The notes: generated by a model from the letters alone, not told the origin. Positions 8,689 to 19,559 are shown, counted from the stretch's first letter. The stretch: 64,000 nucleotides of DNA from Methanobacteriota archaeon (GCA_963748445.1 CAVVIU010000002.1:8974-72973); one strand, 5' to 3'. Program-made: numbers and translations.

Positions 8689-9460
8689 TTACAGGCCTTT
8701 CATGAGATTGCGCTTGTGCATCGCGCTGGCGAGCACTACGAATACGACACTGAAGCCTATCATGGCAACCCAATCGAGCATAGGGAGAATCACAGAAGCA
8801 GAACTGCCGAGCAAGCTCCGATCGAATCCATCGACCAGATAGGTTATCGGGGAACAGTAAACGGCCGCTCGTCGCTATCCCGTGGAGGCTCGCTATCGGC
8901 ACGAAAATGCCGCTGATGAAGATCAAGGGAAAGCGGACGAGGCTGGAGAGCATCATGATGTTGGAAGGGTTGGTGCTTGCCGGGGAGGCGAGCAGTACCC
9001 CCAGCGATGAGAAACAGAACGCACCGAGGAGGAGGCTCACGGCCATAAGGAGGGCCCCGCCAACGCTTACCGTGTACCCGAGCGCCACCACCCCTACGAC
9101 TAAGATGATGAGATTGATGATGATGCCGTAGAGCATGCCCGCTACGACGTCTCCGAGAATAAGGGTGTTGACGGTGACGGGAAAGGAGAGCAGTCGCTCG
9201 TACGTCCCTGCCCGCTTCTCCCACGGGGTGATCAGCGGGCCGACTGATGAGGCGATAAAGAACACGAACATCGCCAAAAGCCCGGGGAAGAACGCGTGAA
9301 GGTCAGCCTCTCGCCCGAAGAAAAACGCGAGGAACATGAAGAGCGGGAACAAAAACCCAAACATGAGCACCGGCGGTTTCGTGTAGTAAATCCGCATGTC
9401 CTTTTCGGCGACGAGGAGCACGCCGCGGAAAAACTGGCGGTTCACCTCGCTAGGGTACAT
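8689..9460 (-). CDS. ABC-2 type transporter permease; frameshift near 8866
   Basis: ORF 8630..9460 is a polytopic membrane protein. Its C-terminus degenerates into Arg/Cys-rich nonsense. Shifting one base at 8864-8869 gives AVYCSPITYLVDGFDRSLLGSSASVILPMLDWVAMIGFSVVFVVLASAMHKRNLMKGL*, with a stop at 8689-8691. Confidence 0.75.
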
Positions 9461-10411
9461 CGCGGCCCCCCTTCTGTTAACTTTACGAAGGCATCCTCAA
9501 GGCTTGCCCCGCATATCTCGAGACAGGTAAACGTTAACCCGTGTTCCTGCGCACATGTCGTTAGATACTTCACGAGCTGGTCAGGATCGTCGGTGTAGAG
9601 TTTCCACTTGTCTCCGACTTTTTCGATCTCGTTCACGATGCCACTCTCCTTCACGATGCTCGCATCGATGGGCGTTGGTGAAGGAGACCTCAACCGATTG
9701 CGTCTGTTGAAACGTCCGCTTCAGCTGTTCCGGGGCATCAATCGCCGCAATGGTGCCTTGATTGATGATCCCCACTCTGTCGCACAGGAGGTTTGCCTCT
9801 TCAATGTTATGGGTGGTGAGGAAAATCGTCGTACCGTGCGCATTCATCTCCGTGATAATCGTTCTGATTAACCGTTGACTGTGCACGTCTAACCCCGAGG
9901 TTGGCTCATCGAGAAACAGAATCTCGGGTATATGAACGAGGGCGCTCGCAATCAGCACCCGCTGTTTCATTCCCTTTGAAAAGGTCTCAACGTGGTCATC
10001 TCTCCTCTCGTACAGTTCAAACTGCTGCAAAAGACGGTCTGCTCTCGTCTCAAGCTCTCGTCTGGGCATCCCATAGAATCTGCCTGCCAGGATGACGTTC
10101 TGCTTTGCGGTCAAGTCAACATAGACGTTGCTCATTTCCGGGATGATCCCCATGTTCATTTTTGCAGCGATCGGGTGCTTTTGTATGTCAATGCCGCCAA
10201 TGAAGATGTCCCCAGCATCCGGAGTGAGCAGGCCGGTGAGCATCCTGATCGTCGTGGTCTTCCCGGCTCCGTTGGGGCCGAGGAAACCAAATATTTCGCC
10301 TTTTGTAACGCTAAACGAGATGTTGTTCACAGCGGTGATGGAGCCGAACCGCTTGGTCAATCCCCTCACTGCAATAACGTCGTTGTGTCCCCGTTCCATT
10401 GCTACCCTCAT
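9442..10411 (-). CDS. ABC transporter ATP-binding protein; frameshift near 9675
   Basis: Walker A GPNGAGKTT, Q-loop, signature FSKGMKQR, Walker B ILFLDEPTSGLD, and H-loop TTH. ORFs 9581..10411 and 9442..9693 join as SVEVSF..IDASIVKESGIVNEIEKV. Confidence 0.85.
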
Positions 10412-10542
10412 TAATATGTTCGATGTGGCCTCTTCCTGTCTTTGTTCAAGCTAAATCAGCACGCTATGCTTGAAGTACACATCGGGAATCGGCATTACGT
10501 TCGATCCAGCATTTGTTCTCGCAATGTTTTCCCTGCAAATAC

Positions 10543-10586
10543 TGTAAAGTTTACATATCGACGTTATGTATAACAATGTTACATAA
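10543..10586. promoter_or_regulatory. two palindromes in the ABC/PadR divergent intergenic region (candidate PadR operator)
   Basis: TGTAAAgTTTACA at 10543-10555. TTATGTA-N9-TACATAA at 10564-10586, which ends 20 nt before the padR start codon. Both contain ATGT/ACAT-type half sites as reported for PadR-family operators. Confidence 0.3.
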
Positions 10587-10605
10587 GATAATCGCGTGAA
10601 GTACC

Positions 10606-10997
10606 ATGTGCAAGCAGAACCACGGTACTTGTTGGCAAACGTATCCAGAGCGCAGCTGGATACAGTTCCTCATACTCCGGACTCTCTTTGAGACGCCGAC
10701 GTACGGGTATCAACTCCTTGACGAGATTGACGAAAGAAGCTGTGGCTGTCATAAGCTCGAGCCCGGAAGCATCTATACCGTGTTGCGACGGATGGAGGAG
10801 AAGGGGCTGCTTTCGTCGACGTGGGAACGGGTCAGATTCCGGTCCGGATAGGAGAATTTACACCGTGACCGAGAGGGGCGCTGAAGTTCTGAAGATGGGG
10901 CTGAGCACCATTGTACGGAGGAAACAGACTCTTTGATGATTTAATTGCTTTCTATGAAAAGCGTTTCAAAAAAACAGAACAAGGAGGTGAACAGTAA
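10606..10997 (+). CDS. PadR family transcriptional regulator; two frameshifts (near 10828 and 10924)
   Basis: WIQFLILRTLFETPTYGYQLLDEI ... GSIYTVLRRMEEKGLLSSTWE is the PadR winged helix. It continues in frame +1 as GSDSGPDRRIYTVTERGAEVL, then in frame +2 as RLFDDLIAFYEKRFKKTEQGGEQ*. Confidence 0.75.
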
Positions 10998-11252
10998 ATG
11001 TGTGGACAGGGTAGTTGTTGCATCTCATATGGAGAGGAGTACCGTTGTGGGTGTAGCTGTGGTTGTTGCGGGAATCATCGCCATCACCACCATGAGCATC
11101 ATGAGCCAGGAATGAGTATGGGAATGGACATGGAATCCCCGGTGCCGTTGATGGACGTTGATGAAGAAATTAAAATGCTTGAAGAATACAAAGACGCACT
11201 GACCAAGCAACTGGAACGGGTTAACAAACGGCTTGAGGGGTTTAAACGCTGA
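10998..11252 (+). CDS. Cys/His/Met-rich small protein with DUF5320-like C-terminal coiled coil (putative metal-binding)
   Basis: MCGQGSCCISYGEEYRCGCSCGCCGNHRHHHHEHHEPGMSMGMDM, followed by EEIKMLEEYKDALTKQLERVNKRLEGFKR. A strong RBS AAGGAGGTGA is present, and the ATG abuts the padR stop. Confidence 0.6.
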   Translation: MCGQGSCCISYGEEYRCGCSCGCCGNHRHHHHEHHEPGMSMGMDMESPVPLMDVDEEIKMLEEYKDALTKQLERVNKRLEGFKR

Positions 11253-11505
11253 AACATTACGTGCCACCCTTATTTTTTTAAAATTACTTATTAATGGCAT
11301 ACTTACACAAACAACAGAAGTATATGAAAGAACAGCATATGAGAATCTTGTTTTAGTTACGAGGATCTAAAACCCAACTCTATCGCAAACCTCTTTCACA
11401 TTTTCATCTCTGAAATGTAACGAGATTATATGAAGATTAACTTACACCTGCCGTAACGTTAAAAACAAGTGTAATAGTTTTATCTATAGCTTAATATTTC
11501 ATATT

Positions 11506-12057
11506 ATGCCAATTATAAAGAGGTTAGAAGGAAAGCGTGTACTAATTCTCATGGCTTCAGAATATGAAGATTCTGAGTTTAGAGACGTTGCAGGGTCACT
11601 CTCGTTAGAAGGCGCACAAATTGTGGTCGCAAGCATTACAATGGGTGAGCTAAAAGGCAAAAGGGGCGAGGTCACGGTAATACCAGATATCATAGTAGAC
11701 AAAGTAGACATAGATTCTTTCGATGCGATCTATATACCGGGAGGGAGATCTCCTTCAAAGTTGAGAAGTAACTTGACAGTTCAGAATATAGTCAAAGAGG
11801 CATTTGACAAAGGATTACGCATTGGAGCTTTATGTCACGGACCGCAAGTCTTAATATCTGCAGGAATTGTGAAAAACAGAACTATGACTTCATACCCGAA
11901 AGTGGGAGAAGAGTTAGAGCAGGCTGGAGCTAATTACACTGGAAAACCCGTTGAGAGAGATGGCAATATTATTACAGCAACTGATCCGACGGCCATAGCT
12001 GAATTTAATACAGTTTTTATTCAAGAAATTGAGTGTTGTGAAGTCTTTTATCCTTAA
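11506..12057 (+). CDS. DJ-1/PfpI family intracellular protease/deglycase
   Basis: GKRVLILMASEYEDSEF ... FDAIYIPGGRSP ... IGALCHGPQVL (nucleophile elbow Cys-His). Confidence 0.85.
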   Translation: MPIIKRLEGKRVLILMASEYEDSEFRDVAGSLSLEGAQIVVASITMGELKGKRGEVTVIPDIIVDKVDIDSFDAIYIPGGRSPSKLRSNLTVQNIVKEAFDKGLRIGALCHGPQVLISAGIVKNRTMTSYPKVGEELEQAGANYTGKPVERDGNIITATDPTAIAEFNTVFIQEIECCEVFYP

Positions 12058-12332
12058 GTCACAAGCACTTATAACTTAGACAAACCGAATACGAGAGTTT
12101 CACTTAGCCTCTCGCGAATCTATTTGCCGCCATGAATTGTATCACGACTAGCTGTTCCCTTGCAATTGAAATCAATGGTAACCGCAAGTCGCTAACAATC
12201 TCTTGAACAACGTCCAATGTGTGAATCACCTTAAAAGGCTGAAATGTCGTTTTAAACAGGTGAGAGTGTATTGACACACTTACAGAGTGTTGTCCAAATA
12301 AATGCTACTGTAAAAAAGGGCGTCCAAGCGTC

Positions 12333-13004
12333 CTATGAAAGCTTCTTCAACGCGCTAACTAAGTCTGGTAACAACTTTATCGGGATTCCCACAATGAGCT
12401 CATCTTCGCGAACCTTTGCAAATTTCCTCGATCCACTACAGCCGAGCGTAAAGTTGATAGTACCTCTCATCAGTGGAGCCGCGACCGCATCTCCGCATAG
12501 CGATTGTATCCCCGAAAAATCAGCTATGTTTCTTGAGTGTAGTTCGTAGACATTCGCTTGAGCGATTAGCATAGCTTGCTGTGGGTTGCACAGCAACACT
12601 ACCACGTCAGGAGTAAAAGACGCCTCTTTAAGCGGGGCATAAACCGTCGCGTAGGTCTTAAAGTCTACATATGGGATATCACTCATCGTTTGTTCCGCGT
12701 GCTCTATAGATGAAAATCTACCGAGTTTGTGATAAAACTCTCCAGATTTGACGTTTTCTGGTATATCGATAACGCCGAGCATCCCTGCCCCCCCTTTACA
12801 TGCGTGTTGTTCAACTGTTGCGTAAAACTTAGCACCGCGCCGCGCCATCTGTACCATTTCACAGTGACGAAGCACTTCATTTAAGTGACGATATCCCTTA
12901 GGGACATTACCTTCAGTTTTTGCCAGTTTAACTGCTACCGGAAAGCCATCAAGCTTCAATACATCTATCAACACTTGTGATAATTCACTACAATTTTGAT
13001 CCAT
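12333..13004 (-). CDS. DUF169 domain-containing protein
   Basis: 223 aa. PVAVKL, LRHCEMVQMARRG, ACKGGAGMLG and FTLGCSGSR fit the DUF169 (COG2043) family pattern. Confidence 0.65.
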   Translation of the reverse strand: MDQNCSELSQVLIDVLKLDGFPVAVKLAKTEGNVPKGYRHLNEVLRHCEMVQMARRGAKFYATVEQHACKGGAGMLGVIDIPENVKSGEFYHKLGRFSSIEHAEQTMSDIPYVDFKTYATVYAPLKEASFTPDVVVLLCNPQQAMLIAQANVYELHSRNIADFSGIQSLCGDAVAAPLMRGTINFTLGCSGSRKFAKVREDELIVGIPIKLLPDLVSALKKLS

Positions 13005-13117
13005 ATTATCACTTATCTCAATTTAATACATCGTGATATTTACAGTTATCCACGCTCGCAAGGCACAGCATTACAATAGATCTTCAATCAAGACTTTATA
13101 ACGTTACAAGTGAACAG

Positions 13118-13832
13118 TTACAGTGAATGGGTAAGCGACGCTAAATTCCTGACATGTTCAGCCTTGATGGTGCCACCGAACCTGTCCCCGCCAGAGCATA
13201 CAGCACCTCTTATTCCAATAACATCGGCTCCTAGCTCTATCAAGGTCGGTACGTCCTTCTTTTTAATTGATCCCGCTAGCGCTACTTCAAGTCCTTCTGC
13301 GTGCCCCAACTCCACAAAGCTTCTGCACGCTTCAACGTCCATAAAGTCAAACAGGCGTTTTCCATCCTTAACAAAGGTATCAACCATAACAAGATCACAG
13401 CCAGATTGTTTGGCAACATCAGGAAGGATCATCGGATCTATGGTATTCGCCCTTTCATGATCTGCATAGCCAGCTGACAACTACTCTGATCGTAGGATCG
13501 TAGTCCTTCACTGCTTTGTTGACGTTCTCCATTAAAAAAAGTGCATCGTCAAACGTCTTTGACCCCAACAAGCCGATTTTTATGAAGTTGGTCCCAGAAA
13601 CCGCCGCCCCAAGTGCGGCTAATGACGCTGAACCAGGGAGATGAGGAAAGTCGCCTAACGTTGCCGATATGTCAATTGAACGTGGCACAATTTCTCGGAT
13701 TCTTCGTATGACCCACGGAAAATTGGCCCCGAGTGAACCCTCAGAGGGGTTTTTAACATCTATGATATCAGCTCCTCCATTGACTGCTTCTACTGCCTCA
13801 GCTTCATTTTTAGGGCTGATTAGTATCTTCAT
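13118..13832 (-). CDS. mfnB: (5-formylfuran-3-yl)methyl phosphate synthase (methanofuran biosynthesis); frameshift near 13478
   Basis: MKILISPKNEAEAVEAVNGGADIIDVKNPSEGSLGA (UPF0264/MfnB N-terminus). It joins ORF 13118..13480 as VVV-SAGYADHERANTIDP...DLVMVDTFVKDGKRLFD. Confidence 0.7.
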
Positions 13833-13899
13833 GCTCACTCGCACAATGATATTTTGTGCTTATATACCTTTTGAGAGCTTCGATCAAAATCGTAAACCT

Positions 13900-14224
13900 T
13901 AAGCTAAAAAGCGAAACGACTATATAAGGAACGTAGCTTTATGATTTTTATAATAATATTAAAATATAAATTTGTAGCCTTTTATTTGACGAGATCTCAA
14001 TACTAATATATAGAAACAAACCAAAGCGCAAAACTGCGCATTTTGAACCAAAGTTTAATAAACTATAAAGTTGCTTCTTTAGTTAACCCGAGGATGTACT
14101 ATGCACGTCAACAAATGCAACTCGATAACATCTTTGGTAACGGGTTGTGTTCGCTTTTTTATCAGTGATTTTTGCAGTTAGAATTAGTGGCTCTGTATAG
14201 TTGCCATTCTCGAGGAGGGATAAT
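13900..14224 (+). promoter_or_regulatory. AT-rich mcr upstream region with several TATA-like elements and a leader
   Basis: About 300 bp of non-coding sequence with TATATAAGG, TTTTTATAATAATATTAAAATATAAA and TTTAATAAACTATAAAG. RBS GAGGAGGG precedes the mcrB ATG. The transcription start cannot be fixed from sequence. Confidence 0.25.
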
Positions 14225-15545
14225 ATGGCAAAATTTGCAGACAAAGTCGATATCTATAACGACATGGGCCAAAAGGTTGGTTCGAACATTCCGATCGAAT
14301 CGCTGAGCCCTACCAAGAACGCGGCTATAAAAAAGATCATACACACGCACAAAGAGGACTGTAGCCGTGAACCTTGCGGGAGTCGAGCAGGGATTAAAGA
14401 CGGGAGCAGTCGGCGGCAAAGGTCGAATGATCATGGGCCGTGAGATGAACCTTGACCTCGTAGGCAACGCAGGTGCGATCGCGGACAAGATGGCAAACCT
14501 TATCAGGGTAACGGACGGCGATGACACCGTCGTAAAGCCTCTCGGTGGAGGAAAGCAGTTGATGTCACAAGTGCCAACTGCACGCCTCGACGCGGGAGCC
14601 ACATACGTTGCGGGAACGACTGCCACGAGCAGCGCGTTGGTTGAGACTATCATTACCATGTTCAACGTCAACATGTTTAACGCCGACATAATCCACGCGG
14701 CAGTCTGGGGGCAGTACCCGCAGACGCTCGATAATGAGGGCGGCAACGTCAAGTCGATGCTCGAGACTCCACAAAAGGATGAGGGCTACGGCTATTCGCT
14801 GAGAAACGTGTCAGTGAACCACGTCGCGGCAGCTACTGGCAAGCGAACGATGAATTCCGCCGCGCTGTCATCGATATTCGAACAGACGGGCGTCTGGGAG
14901 ATGGGCGATGCACTCGGATGGAACGAGAGACTACAACTCTGCGGACTGGCAATGCAGGGATTGAACGCTAACAACCTTACTTATTCGCTCGTCAAGGAGA
15001 ACGGACAGAGCGGTACAATCGGAACAGTAGTTGCATCAACGATCGATAAGGCGATAGCTGACGGCGTTATTAAGGTCGATAAGACGATGTCGTCGGGATT
15101 CAAGGCGTATAAGACGGACGATGTGGCCAAGTGGAACGGCTACGCGGCAGCATGCACGCTCGCTTCAACGATTGTGAACTGCGGTGCGGCACGAGGTGCA
15201 CAAGGTGTATCATCAACGCTGCTCTACGCCAACGACTTGCTCGAGCACGAGACGGGATTACCCGCATGTGACTTCGGTAAGGTAATGGGTACCGCAGTCG
15301 GATTCTCGTTCTTCAGCCACTCGATTTACGGCGGCGGTGGTCCAGGAGTATTCAACGGTAACCACATCGTGACGCGGCACTCAAAGGGATTTGCAGTTCC
15401 GTGCGTCGCTGCTGCTGTAGCAATTGATGCAGGCACCCAGATGTTTTCAGTAGAGGCGACATCTGCGTTGATCGGCATTGTGTACGGCGATTTACCCGAG
15501 TTCAAGGACCCAATAACGGCTGTTGCCAAAGCAGCGGAGATGTGA
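14225..15545 (+). CDS. mcrB: methyl-coenzyme M reductase subunit beta; frameshift at 14357
   Basis: [20 protein letters not shown]-terminus and [38 protein letters not shown]. The frame breaks at AAA GAG g ACT GTA (14351-14363). Removing one base gives ...[22 protein letters not shown], joining track ORFs 14201..14443 and 14367..15545. Confidence 0.93.
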
Positions 15546-15589
15546 TCAAAATAAGATTAACCAACTAAGCGGGAGGTTTAAGATATATA

Positions 15590-16075
15590 ATGGTTACAAC
15601 AGTCCCGGATTCAAACAATCCTATCCAAATAGAGATATTTCCACAACGACTCTTAAATCCAGAAACGGTCCAGCAGTTAATAAGTGAGCTGCAGGGCATC
15701 AATGGCATAATGCGTGCGATCTTACACGGTCCGCGTATTGCATCAACAGTGCCGTCAGGACCAGCTAAGGGAGCTCCAAATCCACACGAGGCGAGGAAAA
15801 ACATCACGTTTGGAGGAGAGGAGATTGAACTGGGAGTACAAGTCGGAAGAATTTGGCTTGAACTTGAAGATGAGGACGTGATCGATCACATCAAAGCCGC
15901 TTGTGAAAGAGTTTTGCCTTGCGGCTTCCAGATTAATCAAGGATTATACATCCGCACGCGTCCGACGCAGACTGATTATGCTAAATGGGGCGTAATCAAG
16001 GACAAGAACGTTATTGGCATGGTAGATCCGAAGTCAAAGACTCAGATCTGCTCGTGTTATCCCTTCAAGAGGTGA
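15590..16075 (+). CDS. mcrD: methyl-coenzyme M reductase operon protein D
   Basis: IQIEIFPQRLLNPETVQQLISELQGINGI ... VGRIWLELED. Position between mcrB and mcrC. Confidence 0.9.
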   Translation: MVTTVPDSNNPIQIEIFPQRLLNPETVQQLISELQGINGIMRAILHGPRIASTVPSGPAKGAPNPHEARKNITFGGEEIELGVQVGRIWLELEDEDVIDHIKAACERVLPCGFQINQGLYIRTRPTQTDYAKWGVIKDKNVIGMVDPKSKTQICSCYPFKR

Positions 16076-16701
16076 CAATTATAGTTAGCCGTGCGACGCA
16101 CATCGTAGATTGCCGTGAATCGATGGGGCTTGGCAGAGGTGGAGGACTTGCCCAACGAGGCACGATCTCCGAAACTGGCATTCCTGACATCATCGCAATT
16201 TCGATGTCTCCAGGGCGGCGACACATAACCAAGCCGATATGCGAGATAACCCACGGCCTGAGAAATGAAGGTTTTCAGGTAGGCGTACTCGTGTTAAATG
16301 CAGGCAGCGGCGTTCCCGCTGATGCCCCCGAGAGCGCCCGAGGTCTTGGGCCAAAGTTCGGCCTTTCAATCAAAGAAGTCGAACAAATGGCTCGCCATAA
16401 GCTTGCCATAATCCACCTTGGAGGCGTTAAGACTCACATAATTTACAAGGCGAGGAATATTCTACGATTTGTGGATATCCCTGCAATTGTCGTGAGTCAA
16501 GCGCAGGTTGACTATGAGGACTTTGCGCGAATAGGGATAAAAACCCGAGTGGTCATGCCAAAACCTGAAGAGGTTCTAGCCGCAGGAACGATTGTTGGCA
16601 TTGTAACCAACGTGACTCGTGGACAGACTATCCCACGGGATAAGCTGAACGAGATCATTAAATGTATCAATAACTTCAAACGCGCCCAAAAAAGGAGTTG
16701 A
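16072..16701 (+). CDS. mcrC: methyl-coenzyme M reductase operon protein C
   Basis: The GTG at 16072 overlaps the mcrD stop (GTGA). HIVDCRESMGLGRGGGLAQRGTISE ... SPGRRHITKPICEI. Confidence 0.88.
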   Translation: MTIIVSRATHIVDCRESMGLGRGGGLAQRGTISETGIPDIIAISMSPGRRHITKPICEITHGLRNEGFQVGVLVLNAGSGVPADAPESARGLGPKFGLSIKEVEQMARHKLAIIHLGGVKTHIIYKARNILRFVDIPAIVVSQAQVDYEDFARIGIKTRVVMPKPEEVLAAGTIVGIVTNVTRGQTIPRDKLNEIIKCINNFKRAQKRS

Positions 16702-16707
16702 AAAAAA

Positions 16708-17454
16708 ATGGCTATAAATTACCCCGGTACTTCAAACGTAGCGGCGAATAGAAGGAAGGCACTCGATCCAACAGTGAAGTTGGAAAAGGTCCGTGACGTG
16801 CCAGACGATGACATTGTAGCAATACTTGGACATCGCACGCCTGGAGCAGCATATCCGTCCACTCACCCACCACTTTCTGAGATAGGTGAGCCAAAGGATC
16901 CCATGAGGGAGCTAGTTAAGCCGACAGACGGCGCAGCAGCGGGTGACCGTATTAGGTATGTTCAGTTCACTGACTCAATGTACTTCAGCCCATCGGTGCC
17001 CTATGTGCGATCGTGGATGGCGTCAACGAGGTTCAGAGGTGTAGACCCCGGCACGCTGTCAGGTAGGCAGATCATTGAGTGCAGAGAGAGAGACCTCGAC
17101 AAGATCGCCAAAGAACTGATAGAGTCATCGATGTTCGACCCCGCCCGTACAGGTGTACGAGGCTGTACGGTGCACGGGCACTCATTAAGACTAGATCAGA
17201 ACGGTATGATGTTCGACATGCTCGCACGATCAGTTATGAAACCTGATGGATCCGTGCAAATTGTCAAGGACCAGGTAGGAAGACCCCTTGACAAGGCCGT
17301 TCAAGTTGGAATGCCCATGTCAGACGACGAACTCAAGAAGAGAACGACCATTTATCGCGTCGATGGCGACGCTGCACGAGCGGACAAAGAGATGGTCGAT
17401 TATATCCAAAGAATTCACACAATGAGAACCATGTGGGGATTCAAGCCAATGTAA
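16708..17454 (+). CDS. mcrG: methyl-coenzyme M reductase subunit gamma
   Basis: 248 aa. GHRTPGAAYPSTHPPL, RYVQFTDSMYFSPSVPY, and LSGRQIIECRERDL. Confidence 0.95.
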   Translation: MAINYPGTSNVAANRRKALDPTVKLEKVRDVPDDDIVAILGHRTPGAAYPSTHPPLSEIGEPKDPMRELVKPTDGAAAGDRIRYVQFTDSMYFSPSVPYVRSWMASTRFRGVDPGTLSGRQIIECRERDLDKIAKELIESSMFDPARTGVRGCTVHGHSLRLDQNGMMFDMLARSVMKPDGSVQIVKDQVGRPLDKAVQVGMPMSDDELKKRTTIYRVDGDAARADKEMVDYIQRIHTMRTMWGFKPM

Positions 17455-17469
17455 TAAGAGGTGAAAAAA

Positions 17470-19137
17470 ATGGCTACGAAGAAAACAGAAAAAATGTTTT
17501 TAGAGGCGATGAAAAAGAAATTCGCCGAGGATCCCACTTCAAATAAGACGACTTACAAGCGTATAGGCTACACGCAGTCAAAGGACAAGCGTGAGTTCCA
17601 AGAATGGGGAGCGAAGATCGCGAAGGAGCGCGGCATTCCTGCATACAACGTTAACGTCCACCTCGGTGGTATGACGCTCGGTCAAAGGCAGCTCATGCCC
17701 TACGAGGTCTCGACGACCGGCGTGATGTGTGAAGGCGATGACCTGCACTACGTCAACAACCCCGCGATGCAGCAGTTCTGGGATGACATACGGAGGACGG
17801 TTATCGTCGGCCTCGACCAAGCCCACGAGACGCTCACCAAGAGACTCGGTAAGGAGGTGACGCCTGAGACCATAAACGGCTACCTCGAGGCACTCAACCA
17901 TACGATGCCCGGTGCCGCCATTGTACAAGAACACATGGTCGAAACCCACCCCGGTCTCGTCTCAGACTGTTACGTCAAGGTATTCACCGGAGACGATGAC
18001 CTCGCTGCGGAAATAGACAAACCGTTCCTCATCGACATCAACAAGAACTTCCCCAAAGCACACGCCGAACAGCTGAAGAAGGCTATCGGCAAGACGCTGT
18101 GGCAGGCAGTCCACATCCCGACGATCGTATCGAGGACCTGTGATGGCGGTAACTCCAGCAGATGGTCTGCTATGCAGATCGGTATGTCGTTCATCGCCGC
18201 GTACAACATGTGCGCCGGTGAAGCGGCGGTCGCGGACCTCGCCTTTGCAGCGAAGCACGCGAGCCTCGTAGAAATGGCGAACATGCTGCCAGCACGGCGT
18301 GCCCGTGGTCCGAACGAGCCTGGTGGTCTGTCATTCGGGTTCATGGCTGACATTTGTCAGAAAGATCGAATTGCGCCCGACGACCCGGTACAGGTCTCGC
18401 TCGAAGTTGTCGCTGCGGGCTGTATGCTATACGACCAGATATGGCTCGGATCATACATGTCCGGCGGTGTAGGTTTCACCCAGTACGCCACAGCTGCGTA
18501 CACTGATAACATTCTGGATGACTACTCCTACTACGGATGGGACTACGCTAAGAAGTACGGAGCGGACGGAAAGGCCCCCAGGACTATGGACGTCGTAAAC
18601 GACCTTGCCACTGAAGTCACCCTTTATGGTATCGAGCAGTACGAGAAGTATCCGACCACACTTGAAGACCACTTCGGAGGTTCACAGAGGGCAACGGTAC
18701 TGGCAGCTGCATCTGGTGTCACAGCAGCTATCGCAACAGGGAACTCGAACGCTGGGCTGAGCGCCTGGTATCTGTCAATGCTCCTGCACAAGGATGCGTG
18801 GGGCAGACTCGGCTTCTACGGTTTCGACCTGCAGGACCAGTGCGGTTCAACCAACGTGTTCTCAGTCAGATCTGACGAGGGAGCTCCGGATGAACTGCGC
18901 GGTGCGAACTACCCGAACTACGCAATGAACGTCGGTCACCAGGGCGGCTACGCCGGTATCGCTAAGGCCGCGCACATCGGTCGCGGTGATGCATTCGCCG
19001 TAAGCCCACTTGTTAAAGTCTGCTTCGGTGACGACAGCCTGTCGTTTGACTTCAAGAACGTAAGGAAAGAGTTTGCAAAAGGCGCCCTTAGGGAGTTCAT
19101 GCCTCAGGGTGAGAGAGCGCTCGTCTCTCCAAAGTAA
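17470..19137 (+). CDS. mcrA: methyl-coenzyme M reductase subunit alpha
   Basis: [55 protein letters not shown] and [21 protein letters not shown] 17470 follows RBS AGAGGTGA. Confidence 0.97.
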   Translation: MATKKTEKMFLEAMKKKFAEDPTSNKTTYKRIGYTQSKDKREFQEWGAKIAKERGIPAYNVNVHLGGMTLGQRQLMPYEVSTTGVMCEGDDLHYVNNPAMQQFWDDIRRTVIVGLDQAHETLTKRLGKEVTPETINGYLEALNHTMPGAAIVQEHMVETHPGLVSDCYVKVFTGDDDLAAEIDKPFLIDINKNFPKAHAEQLKKAIGKTLWQAVHIPTIVSRTCDGGNSSRWSAMQIGMSFIAAYNMCAGEAAVADLAFAAKHASLVEMANMLPARRARGPNEPGGLSFGFMADICQKDRIAPDDPVQVSLEVVAAGCMLYDQIWLGSYMSGGVGFTQYATAAYTDNILDDYSYYGWDYAKKYGADGKAPRTMDVVNDLATEVTLYGIEQYEKYPTTLEDHFGGSQRATVLAAASGVTAAIATGNSNAGLSAWYLSMLLHKDAWGRLGFYGFDLQDQCGSTNVFSVRSDEGAPDELRGANYPNYAMNVGHQGGYAGIAKAAHIGRGDAFAVSPLVKVCFGDDSLSFDFKNVRKEFAKGALREFMPQGERALVSPK

Positions 19138-19150
19138 ACGAAAAATCAAA

Positions 19151-19185
19151 GGAGTGATTGATATCACTCCTCCTACACTTTTTTT
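19151..19185 (+). terminator. mcr operon terminator (hairpin plus T7 tract)
   Basis: GGAGTGAT-tgat-ATCACTCC (8-bp stem, 19151-19170), followed by TTTTTTT at 19179-19185. It starts 14 nt after the mcrA stop. Confidence 0.55.
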
Positions 19186-19559
19186 GATATCATTATCGCA
19201 ATTCATTAACTGCTTTTTAAGAACATCTGTTCGCATTGTTTGTGAGAGTAAGGAGCAAATTACAAGTTCAGCAACAGTGCAGAAACACAGCGAGCAAATT
19301 TACAGGATCATTTTATCAATCTTGTAAAACTTCACCAGTTGAACCCTAACAAAGTCCAGATTGAAAGAATGATAACTAGACAACCCTCAAGCCACCTAAG
19401 AAGTCTCGGCTATTTGATTGTGAACCCCAACTAACTAGTTAAAGAATTGTGAAAACAAGACAAATCTTGCATATGTGCGAAGAAACCAAAATATATACGT
19501 TGATCGAGGGATAAATACGTCAATACATAAAAGTAGTCAATGTACGGACGGATCAACTC

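Noticed and set aside
14162-14752. 196-aa minus-strand ORF overlapping the mcr promoter and mcrB
   Set aside because: It is antisense to mcrB and its translation is Pro/Arg/Ser-rich nonsense. The same reasoning rejects 2205..2825(-), 37971..38642(-), 46233..46718(-), 60390..60959(+), 63012..63524(+) and the other antisense entries in the track.
17470-19137. Possibility that McrA is a divergent alkyl-coenzyme M reductase (ethane/butane type)
   Set aside because: The canonical methane-type motifs ([45 protein letters not shown]) are all present. The operon has the standard BDCGA order and sits next to mtr. I cannot judge the single Tyr-to-Phe-like difference in [11 protein letters not shown] from memory.
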